DNA from: an uncultured Deinococcales bacterium
Lineage (GTDB): Bacteria > Deinococcota > Deinococci > Deinococcales > JAAFIG01
NCBI GenBank assembly: GCA_964244895.1
Contig: CAXTKV010000106.1
Location: forward strand, 1-17,679
Direction: 5' to 3'
DNA: 17,679 nucleotides
This document shows positions 1-6,735 of this stretch, in pieces. The position numbers were made by a program, and so were the translations under genes. Each line of letters begins with the position of its first letter. Position 1 is the first letter of the stretch. The notes beneath the pieces are model-generated. The model was not told where the DNA came from and searched no databases. It was given only the letters and a program-made list of their open reading frames with translations.

Positions 1-1054
1 ATTCCAGCTCGCGCTGGTGAGCGTTCTTGCCGTGAATCCCGAAGCCGTCGATCGTGGGCGCAATCTTGGCCGTGAAATTCCCGTCCGAGCCGCCCCCGAC
101 GCGCGCCGCGCCCGGATCGAAACCCAGACTGTGCGCGATTCGCTGCCCCATCTCGAGCAATTTCCAGGTTCCGTCGGAGGGTTCCATCGGCGGGCGGTTC
201 AGGCCGTCCAGAATTTCAAAAGTCGTGCCGTCCAGTGGCTGGATGGCGCGAATCGCGGCGTCCACGCGGTCGGCTTCTTCCTGCGACCAAACGCGCAGGT
301 CGACTTCCAGATACACCTCGTCCGCCACGACGTTCATGACCGTGCCGCCACGGATCACGTTCGGCCCCAGGGTCGTGCCTTTGGGCAAATCCTGAAGCTT
401 GACGATTTCGGTGATCAGGTGCGCGGCGCTGACGATGGCGTTCCTGCCGTTCTCGGGTTCCGTGCCCTGGTGGGCAGCCTTGCCGCGCACGGTCACGCGG
501 TATCCGCCGACGCCCTTGCGCGCAACTTTCAGATCGCCGTTCAGGTGCGGCGGTTCCAGCACGATCACGGCTTTCGCGCCGGTGGCGAGCTTCTCGATGA
601 ACGGACGTCCAGCGCGGGATTCAATTTCTTCATCCGGCGTGACCAGCAATTCGATGGTGGACGCGGGCTCGAGACCGAGTTGATGAAGGGCGCGCAGGGC
701 ATGGATCGCCTGGACGATGCCGCCTTTCATGTCGTACACGCCGGGACCGAAAACTTGATCGCCCTCGATGCGCCAGATGTGCTGCCAGAAGCCGTGCGCG
801 TAGACCGTGTCCGCGTGCGCCAGGTACACGACGCGTTCGGCTGACTTGCCGCGCATCGTGAAGTGCAGCACGTCGCCCAGGTCGGTGCCGTGCCGCGCAA
901 TTTCGCCCAACCCGTCGAGCATGGCAGCAATCGCGTCCTGAACGCGGTTGATGGCGGTCACGTCCTTCGATGGCGATTCCAGTCGGACGAGTTTTTCCAG
1001 GTCAGCCAGGATGGCGGGCGTCTGCAATTTGAAATGCTCGAGCAGGTTTTCCAT
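1..1054 (-). CDS. M20 family metallopeptidase (carboxypeptidase G2/ArgE-DapE-like), 3' end runs off the window
   Basis: Absent from the ORF track because it has no stop in the window. Manual minus-strand translation from ATG 1054 gives MENLLEHFKLQTPAILADLEKLVRLESPS...AHADTV...GPGVYDMKGG...TPDEEI...VLEP...ARKG...GKAAHQG...GGGSDGNF...GKNAH, the typical M20 metal-binding motifs. The + strand ORFs 17..844 and 863..1231 are its antisense shadow. Confidence 0.92.
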   Translation of the reverse strand, partial: MENLLEHFKLQTPAILADLEKLVRLESPSKDVTAINRVQDAIAAMLDGLGEIARHGTDLGDVLHFTMRGKSAERVVYLAHADTVYAHGFWQHIWRIEGDQVFGPGVYDMKGGIVQAIHALRALHQLGLEPASTIELLVTPDEEIESRAGRPFIEKLATGAKAVIVLEPPHLNGDLKVARKGVGGYRVTVRGKAAHQGTEPENGRNAIVSAAHLITEIVKLQDLPKGTTLGPNVIRGGTVMNVVADEVYLEVDLRVWSQEEADRVDAAIRAIQPLDGTTFEILDGLNRPPMEPSDGTWKLLEMGQRIAHSLGFDPGAARVGGGSDGNFTAKIAPTIDGFGIHGKNAHQRELE

Positions 1055-1061
1055 ACCCGAA

Positions 1062-1067
1062 ATCATA
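1062..1067 (-). promoter_or_regulatory. -10 box TATGAT 7 nt upstream of the M20 peptidase ATG (probable leaderless transcript)
   Basis: Minus strand reads TATGAT-ttcgggt-ATG with no Shine-Dalgarno sequence. Confidence 0.6.
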
Positions 1068-1175
1068 CGGCGCACGCCTGGGTTCGGCTCGAGAACCCGA
1101 AAGCCTCAGTCCGAAGCTCGAGCCCTGATGCTGGCATGACAGATGAATTCCCCGTCCAGTGCGGCTCAGGCCGTG

Positions 1176-1336
1176 TTATCCACAATTTCCTGTGGATAAC
1201 CCCTCGGGTTTTTCCACAGGTTGTGGAATAGCTTTCACGCGCCGCGAGAACAACGTCTGGAACAGCGTATTTCTTGATTCTCGAGTAATTCGAAACGCGC
1301 ATTTTGCCGTCGATTGTGGATAAAGCCTGTGGATAA
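1176..1336. promoter_or_regulatory. DnaA-box cluster (6 boxes)
   Basis: Perfect TTATCCACA at 1176-1184 and perfect TGTGGATAA at 1191-1199, 1315-1323 and 1328-1336. TTTTCCACA at 1210-1218 fits TTWTNCACA. TGTGGAATA at 1222-1230 has one mismatch. All lie in the divergent intergenic region between the M20 gene and galE. Confidence 0.85.
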
Positions 1337-1404
1337 CCCTGGGAATCGGGGGAACCGTGTCGGGCGACATTTTCGGGAATTCAAAAACACCGTACTGGAC
1401 GGTA
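1245..1404. repeat. Two single units of the CACCGTC/GACGGTG palindromic repeat family
   Basis: Degenerate gaacaacgtctggaacagcgt at ~1248-1268 and acaccgtactggacggta at 1387-1404. Confidence 0.6.
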
Positions 1405-1487
1405 TTCCTGTCGTTCAGTCGGGTAATACAACCCAGCTTAAGGAAAACGCGGCAGAATACGGGCGTGATGACAAAGAAGAGAAACGC

Positions 1488-2492
1488 ATGAAAGTGCTCG
1501 TGACCGGCGGGGCGGGCTACATCGGCAGCACCATCTCGAGCGCATTGTTGGACAACGGGCACACGCCCGTGATCCTGGATTCCTTCGTGACCGGACGCCC
1601 GGAGTTCGTGCGGGATCGGATCAGCTACGCCGGAGACATCGCGGATCGGGCGCTCTTGGAGCGCATCTTCGCGGAACATCCCGACATCGGTTGCACGATC
1701 CATTGTGCCGCGTTGATCGTCGTGCCGGAAAGCGTGGCGCAACCGTACCTGTACTACCGCGAGAACGTCTCCAAAAGCCTGGAACTCTTCAAGACGCTGG
1801 TCGACCTGGGACACCCCAACGTGGTTTTCTCCTCGAGCGCCAGCCTGTACGATGCCACACCGACGTTCAAAGTCACCGAGGAATCCGCGCTCAGACCCTC
1901 CAGCCCGTACGCCCGCACCAAGTACATGATGGAGATGGTGCTCGAGGACATGAGCCGCGCCACCGCGTTGCGCGCCATCGCGCTGCGCTACTTCAACCCG
2001 ATCGGCGCGGACCCCAGAATGCGATCCGGCGTCCACGCGCGCTTCCCATCGCACGTCGTCGGCAAGCTGGTGGACACGGCCATGGGCAAACAGAGCGTCT
2101 TTGAAATCACCGGCACGGACTGGCCGACCCGCGATGGCAGCGGCATCCGCGATTTCGTCCACATCTGGGATCTGGCCGCGGCGCACGTGCGGGCCGTCGA
2201 ACGCTTCGATGCGGCGCTCGAGAAAACCGATTCCACCTACCTGGTGATCAACCTGGGCACGGGCGACGGCGTGACCGTCAAGGAACTGGTCGCGGCCTTC
2301 GAGCGCGTCTACGGCCAGACGATCAACAAGCGCGAGGCTCCACCCCGTCCCGGCGACGTGGCTGGCGCCTACGCCAACGCGGATCGGGCGATGGCCTTGC
2401 TGGGCTGGAAGGCGGAACACACGATTGACCAGGGGATCAGCAGCGCGCTGGAATGGGGACGGACGCGCAAAACGATCCTGGGCTACGAGTAG
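1488..2492 (+). CDS. galE: UDP-glucose 4-epimerase (334 aa)
   Basis: MKVLVTGGAGYIGS Rossmann motif, VPESV, FSSSA, YxxxK (YARTK), LRYFNPIGA, TRDGSGIRDFVH, NLGTG, RPGD. The start is placed at ATG 1488 because the ORF-track extension runs through the DnaA boxes and repeats. Confidence 0.93.
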   Translation: MKVLVTGGAGYIGSTISSALLDNGHTPVILDSFVTGRPEFVRDRISYAGDIADRALLERIFAEHPDIGCTIHCAALIVVPESVAQPYLYYRENVSKSLELFKTLVDLGHPNVVFSSSASLYDATPTFKVTEESALRPSSPYARTKYMMEMVLEDMSRATALRAIALRYFNPIGADPRMRSGVHARFPSHVVGKLVDTAMGKQSVFEITGTDWPTRDGSGIRDFVHIWDLAAAHVRAVERFDAALEKTDSTYLVINLGTGDGVTVKELVAAFERVYGQTINKREAPPRPGDVAGAYANADRAMALLGWKAEHTIDQGISSALEWGRTRKTILGYE

Positions 2493-2619
2493 GAATGCTC
2501 GAGAAAGAGGTCGGCGCGATGCGCGTGTGCCCTGAATCCGTTCGAGCAGTCTCACTGGCGTTGCGGTGTGGCGGCTCTCTCGAGCATCTCGGCACCGCCA
2601 GCGCGTCGAATTGAGAGTC

Positions 2620-3039
2620 ATGAACTTCGCGGGCTTCGCGCTTTACCCGTCATCTTTGCGGCGCACCACGGCGCAACCGGACGAGTTGCGAGCCGTCGGT
2701 GAAATCCTGGAAAAATCTGGTGTGCTCGAGCATTTGCCGCCCCACAACGATCTCGGGGTCGAACTGGGAAAAGTGGTGCCAGCGGGCGCATCTCTTTGCG
2801 CTGCACACGAGACATGGAGCGAAAACTATTTCCCGAGTATCCAAACGCCAGATGGCTTTCCGCGACAACCGAATGAGACACGCTGTCCGCCCGGTCTGGT
2901 TCGGGTGACGGTCGATTGCATCCAGCAAACCATTCCCGGAATGGGCCATCACTACGGCTACGACGGGTACTACCTGAGCCTGCTCGTTTCCATTCCCGAG
3001 CGGCGCATCTGGGATGCGCGCGGCGAGGTGACGACGTGA
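2620..3039 (+). CDS. Hypothetical protein (~139 aa)
   Basis: Open frame from ATG 2620 (preceded by GAGAG), with protein-like composition (…GHHYGYDGYYLSLLVSIPERRIWDARG). No family recognised and the start is uncertain. Confidence 0.5.
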   Translation: MNFAGFALYPSSLRRTTAQPDELRAVGEILEKSGVLEHLPPHNDLGVELGKVVPAGASLCAAHETWSENYFPSIQTPDGFPRQPNETRCPPGLVRVTVDCIQQTIPGMGHHYGYDGYYLSLLVSIPERRIWDARGEVTT

Positions 3040-3113
3040 AGTTGGTGGGTACGAACGTGGATCGGGCGCTCGAGTGGGAACGGACGCGCGAGACGATCCC
3101 TGGATACGAGTGG
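3033..3113 (+). pseudogene. Diverged remnant copy of the galE 3' end
   Basis: 3066-3113 matches galE 2445-2492 at 39/48 nt (ALEWERTRETIPGYEW vs ALEWGRTRKTILGYE*). 3054-3068 aacgtggatcgggcg matches galE 2376-2390 aacgcggatcgggcg at 14/15 nt. Confidence 0.75.
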
Positions 3114-3139
3114 CAACTCCCGCAGAGAAGATCGAACCA

Positions 3140-3433
3140 ATGATCGAAGTCAATAGCGACACCAGGCGACGGATTCACGCGCTCTTTCCCGAAAGCGAGC
3201 GGGACAGGGTTGAACAGATGTTGCTCAACGACTGCGGCGATAACCTGCCGCTGGTGGATTCGACCCGCGCTGAACTCGCGGAACGGATTCGATTCGCGGT
3301 TCTGAAACGCTCAGCGGGAAGCCTCTCTGAACTCGAGCGGCACATCGCGATTGCAGCGACCGATTGGAGGGACGCGCTGGTGGCTTCAGGGTTCGGTCAC
3401 AGCGCGACCGCGCACAAGTCCTGGATGCCCTGA
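3140..3433 (+). CDS. Small helical hypothetical protein (~97 aa)
   Basis: MIEVNSDTRRRIHALFP…ERIRFAVLKRSAG…DWRDALVASGF has a protein-like amphipathic helix pattern. ATG 3140 is preferred because the upstream extension overlaps the galE remnant. Confidence 0.7.
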   Translation: MIEVNSDTRRRIHALFPESERDRVEQMLLNDCGDNLPLVDSTRAELAERIRFAVLKRSAGSLSELERHIAIAATDWRDALVASGFGHSATAHKSWMP

Positions 3434-3445
3434 ATCTCCGGTTAA

Positions 3446-3539
3446 AAACACCGTCCCACACGCAAATTTTGAATCTCGAGAAAGACCATCCGGTACGGTC
3501 TTTCTCGAGATTCCGCGAACAGCCTTCAGGACGGTGTTT
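3446..3539. repeat. Composite palindromic repeat element between convergent genes (MITE/REPIN-like, possible bidirectional terminator)
   Basis: 11-bp terminal inverted repeats aaacaccgtcc (3446-3456) / ggacggtgttt (3529-3539) enclose a perfect 17-bp stem gaatctcgagaaagacc (3471-3487) / ggtctttctcgagattc (3497-3513). Confidence 0.85.
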
Positions 3540-4083
3540 GCGATTTCTTCGGCGCGGATCGTTTGCGGAAGGCTTGCGTCCCGAACGCCACCGCACCGAT
3601 CAGCACCAGCAACGGCGCGATGCCCAACCAGCCGCTCGTGTCACCGCCGGGTTTGCCGCTGGTGACGGTGAATTCCAGGTCTTCGGTTTCTTGACCCGAC
3701 TTGGGTACGTCCTTCGATTCGGGACGCAGCGCGGTCAGGTCCACGGCTGCCGCCCAGACGCGGGTTTTGTCGAACATGCGCACGGTCAGGACTTGCGGGC
3801 CGGGAAGCTCGAGGGTCAGTTTGGTTCTCCAGGTGTCGCCGTCGCGCTTGAGCGGGAAATCACCGACGGCTCGTCCGGCGCGCGTGATGTTGATGCTGGC
3901 GGTGGATTGATCGCGGATGGCGTCCGATGTGACGAGGATTTCTATCGTTTGGTTGGTGCCGACGGCCAGCCCGCGCTCCAGACGCACGGCGGGGCTGAGC
4001 ATCAGTTTGCCGGGGTCGGCCAGCGCGATTGAACCGAGCATCATTGAACCGGGCATCAGCGCGATGATGAACCATTTCTTCAT
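3526..4083 (-). CDS. Hypothetical exported, membrane-anchored protein (185 aa)
   Basis: N-terminal signal peptide (MKKWFIIALM…ALA), beta-rich middle, C-terminal hydrophobic helix (WLGIAPLLVLIGAVAFG) and basic tail. Its start overlaps the dnaX stop (ATGA at 4080-4083). Confidence 0.8.
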   Translation of the reverse strand: MKKWFIIALMPGSMMLGSIALADPGKLMLSPAVRLERGLAVGTNQTIEILVTSDAIRDQSTASINITRAGRAVGDFPLKRDGDTWRTKLTLELPGPQVLTVRMFDKTRVWAAAVDLTALRPESKDVPKSGQETEDLEFTVTSGKPGGDTSGWLGIAPLLVLIGAVAFGTQAFRKRSAPKKSQTPS

Positions 4084-6434
4084 GCGGTGTCCGTCTCCTC
4101 GAGTGCGCCGGGTGCGTTGGTGGCGGCGTCGGGGACGCTCGCGGTTTCGTCGGCTTTGACAGTTTTCACATCTGTAGACCCCGCTTCCCGAACGCGGTGC
4201 GAGAACAGTCTGGACAGAAGTGCGTAGGTCGGATGTCCCTGGAGGGCGGCTGAAACCTTGGCGGTTTTGATCTTGGCCTCGTCCGGCACGTCGGGCAGGT
4301 CGCCCATGTCGAAGGCTTCCAGGGGCGGGGCATCCTCGAGGGCGGAGAGGTCCGTGACCTCGAGCCCCTGGCTGGTGGGTTGCTCGGGTGCGGCCTCGTG
4401 TGGCACGTAGCGTTCGGGGATTTCGTCGCGGAAGGGTTCCGGGGAAACCGTCCGGGACGGTGCCGTTTGAATCTCGAGTTCTTGCGTCTGGGACGGTGTT
4501 TGCGCGGCAGGCTCGATTTCCTCGCCCTCGAAGTACGGTTCGCTGGGTACGGGTTCCTCCGGGATCGGCGCGGGTTGCAGGCCGAACAATCCCGGCTCGA
4601 GCGGCGCGGCCCCGAGTTGCTCGAACTCGAGCGGTTCAGCTTGAATCGGCCCGTCCTGGACGAGCGCGGCGGCGGAACGGTGCGTCTCGGGCAGGGTCGT
4701 GACGGATGGGCGCTCGAGCACCTCGACTGGGGCGCTCGAGGCTCGAGTCTGGGCGGGTTCACTCGGGCGCGGGACGGTCTGGATCGCTGGCTCGAGAGGC
4801 GCAACGGCGCGAGGGGCAGGTTCCTGATGGACTTGCGGCGCAGGGATCGGGCGCGCGGAACCTACGTCAGTGCGACCGCTCGAGTTTTTTTTTGACCCGT
4901 CCGGCATGACCAGTTCCAGGTCGAACCCATCCCCGAAAACCTCGCGCACCAAGGCGTGAACGTCGGTCAATTTGGCCGCGACCTGCTCGGCGTGCCATTT
5001 GTGTTTCGCGCCGTACGTCAAGACGATCACGCCGTCCAGCACGTCTCCCGTGCCTTCGCGCAGGAAGGCTTTGAGTTGCGCCTTGGCGCGCGTGACGACA
5101 TCGCCCCAGGTACCGGATGATCGCACGGACGCTGTTCTAGACGGTGTGTTTACAGCAGGTTGCGTCTGGGACGGTGTTCTTGAATCGTCCTGCGGACGCG
5201 GGGCGGGTTCATCGGGCTCGGAGGCTCGGGCTTCCGGGGCTCGAGTTGGGCGGGGCGTGCGCGCCATCGGGTCGAAATCGGGCGCGCTGGAACGTGCGGG
5301 CCTGGATGCGCCGTCCTTGAGGGCGCGTTCGATCGCCGTAACCCGAGCCGCCAGCGCCGGGTCTGAACCGCCCGCGCCCGAACCCGCATCCTGCGAGGCC
5401 AGGAACGCTTTGGTGAAGGCCATCTCGAGCGCGATCAGGTCGGAAGCGCGCGCGAAGCGCTGGTCTTCTTCGTCCAGCGCGCGGATCAGCTTGAGCAGCA
5501 CGCCTTCCGGCGCGGCGTCCTCGTCGGGGCGCAGACCGCCGACGCCGAGTTGCTGGTGCAGCGCGTCCCGCAGCGCGATCTTGACGCGTTCCGTGACCGT
5601 GCGTGGCGCGAAACCATCGGCGTACAGCTGTCCAAGCGTCTCGAGCATCATGCCCGTCTCGCCTCGAGCCAGGTTGAGCGCCAGTGCCCCGATGCGTTCC
5701 TGCGGCGGCAAGCCCAACGCGCCCTCCGCCTGAGAGAGCGTCAGCGCGGGCTCGCCGGAGGCCAGAAGGCGCTCGAGCAGACTCTCGCCGTCGCGCATCG
5801 CGCCGTCGGACGCCCGAGCGATCAGATCGAGCGCGCGCTTGTCGGCGTTGACGCCTTCTCGCGCGGCGATACCTCCGAGCTTCCCGGCGATCTCAGAGAC
5901 GGATAAGCGCCTGAAACGGTAATGCTGGCACCTCGAGAGGATCGTCGGCGGCAGGCGTTCGGGTTCGGTGGTTGCCAGGATGAAAACCGCGTGCGCTGGC
6001 GGCTCCTCGAGCGTTTTCAACAATGCGTTGAAGGCGCTCTTGGACATCATGTGCGCCTCGTCCAGGATGTAAACCTTGTTGGTGCCGCGCATCGGTTGCA
6101 GCGCGACTTTCTCGCGCAGGTCGCGCACGTCCTCGACGCTGTTATTGCTGGCCGCGTCGATCTCCAGCACGTCCGGGTGGCGGCCCTGAATCACCATCCG
6201 GCACGATTCGCACACGCCGCACGGTTTAACGGCGGTGGCGTCGTCGCAGTTGACCGTCATGGCGATCAATCGCGCCGTGGTCGTCTTGCCCACGCCGCGC
6301 GGCCCGCTGAACAGGTACGCGTGACCGATCCGTCCGCGCTCGAGCGCCGGGCGCAGCACGTCCTTGACGTGTTCCTGACCGACGACCTCGTCCCAGTGGA
6401 TCGGACGGGTTTTCTGAGAGATCGCGGCGCTCAC
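4080..6434 (-). CDS. dnaX: DNA polymerase III subunit gamma/tau (784 aa)
   Basis: RP..W.EVVGQEHV, HAYLFSGPRGVGKTT (Walker A), Zn module C…PCGVCESC, EIDAASN, ILDEAHM, NALLKTLEEPP, SRC arginine finger, GAMRD. Long Pro/Ala/Glu-rich C-terminal region. GTG start with TAGGAT 6 nt upstream. Confidence 0.97.
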   Translation of the reverse strand: MSAAISQKTRPIHWDEVVGQEHVKDVLRPALERGRIGHAYLFSGPRGVGKTTTARLIAMTVNCDDATAVKPCGVCESCRMVIQGRHPDVLEIDAASNNSVEDVRDLREKVALQPMRGTNKVYILDEAHMMSKSAFNALLKTLEEPPAHAVFILATTEPERLPPTILSRCQHYRFRRLSVSEIAGKLGGIAAREGVNADKRALDLIARASDGAMRDGESLLERLLASGEPALTLSQAEGALGLPPQERIGALALNLARGETGMMLETLGQLYADGFAPRTVTERVKIALRDALHQQLGVGGLRPDEDAAPEGVLLKLIRALDEEDQRFARASDLIALEMAFTKAFLASQDAGSGAGGSDPALAARVTAIERALKDGASRPARSSAPDFDPMARTPRPTRAPEARASEPDEPAPRPQDDSRTPSQTQPAVNTPSRTASVRSSGTWGDVVTRAKAQLKAFLREGTGDVLDGVIVLTYGAKHKWHAEQVAAKLTDVHALVREVFGDGFDLELVMPDGSKKNSSGRTDVGSARPIPAPQVHQEPAPRAVAPLEPAIQTVPRPSEPAQTRASSAPVEVLERPSVTTLPETHRSAAALVQDGPIQAEPLEFEQLGAAPLEPGLFGLQPAPIPEEPVPSEPYFEGEEIEPAAQTPSQTQELEIQTAPSRTVSPEPFRDEIPERYVPHEAAPEQPTSQGLEVTDLSALEDAPPLEAFDMGDLPDVPDEAKIKTAKVSAALQGHPTYALLSRLFSHRVREAGSTDVKTVKADETASVPDAATNAPGALEETDTA
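4445..4503. repeat. Complete copy of the intergenic composite repeat, in frame within dnaX
   Basis: Minus strand reads aaacaccgtcccagacgca-agaactcgagattcaaac-ggcaccgtcccggacggttt and encodes QTPSQTQELEIQTAPSRTVS. Confidence 0.85.
4885..4893 (-). other. A9 slippery site in dnaX (candidate gamma-subunit production signal)
   Basis: Minus strand reads TCA AAA AAA AAC TCG AGC GGT CGC ACT GAC GTA G. Adding one A gives TGA at 4867-4869, and adding two A (or removing one) gives TAG at 4862-4864. Confidence 0.8.
5129..5180. repeat. Second copy of the composite repeat, in frame within dnaX
   Basis: Minus strand reads gaacaccgtcccagacgca-acctgctgtaa-acacaccgtctagaacagcgt and encodes RTPSQTQPAVNTPSRTAS. 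Confidence 0.8.
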
Positions 6435-6447
6435 AAGGGAATCCTAC

Positions 6448-6503
6448 CACCGTCCCAGACGGTCTTTCTAAGCTTCAAGTATGCCGTCCTGGACGGCATA
6501 CTT
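6448..6503. repeat. Composite palindromic repeat immediately upstream of the dnaX -10 box
   Basis: caccgtcccagacggtc (6448-6464), then a spacer, then the perfect palindrome aagtatgccgtcc-t-ggacggcatactt (6477-6503). Confidence 0.85.
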
Positions 6504-6670
6504 ACGTTTATCACGCGTTGCGAAGGGTGGTTTTCGAGCCTTTACCCAGAGATGGCGGTTAAATTGAGGTGGAAGCTTCGACTCCAGGGCTATGCAAGGA
6601 TCGTATTGAGCGAGATCAGTCAATTTATCCCGTCCTGAACGATATTTGTTAAATCAAGAACAGCGCGCAA

Positions 6671-6708
6671 TATGTATAAGGATTCATGGTAATGTATGTA
6701 TTCGAGTC
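6671..6708 (+). promoter_or_regulatory. Putative ARG box(es) (ArgR operator) upstream of carA
   Basis: ta-TGTAT-aagg-ATTCA-tg at 6671-6688 fits TGNAT-N4-ATNCA. A second left half-site aaTGTAT follows 20 bp later (6691-6697). The site lies in an AT-rich island before carA. Confidence 0.55.
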
Positions 6709-6735
6709 GCTCATTCGCGGCGAACGGAGATCAAG

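Noticed and set aside
17..1231. + strand ORFs 17..844 and 863..1231
   Set aside because: They are antisense shadows of the minus-strand M20 peptidase, which carries the recognisable motifs.
1314..1487. N-terminal extensions of galE (also carA 6646-6735 and the GGDEF gene 8090-8227) in the ORF track
   Set aside because: The extensions run through DnaA boxes, repeats or promoter DNA. Family homology and the SD/-10 signals point to the downstream starts.
1176..2621. 481-aa minus-strand ORF, and similarly 6649..7971, 8258..9460, 11409..12719 and 16312..17382
   Set aside because: These long antisense frames lie opposite well-supported genes, are expected in high-GC DNA, and show no recognisable motifs.
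2916..3143. 75-aa ORF containing the galE-like peptide as a real gene
   Set aside because: It overlaps the 139-aa ORF out of frame, has no convincing start signal, and only its middle resembles GalE. It is treated as a remnant.
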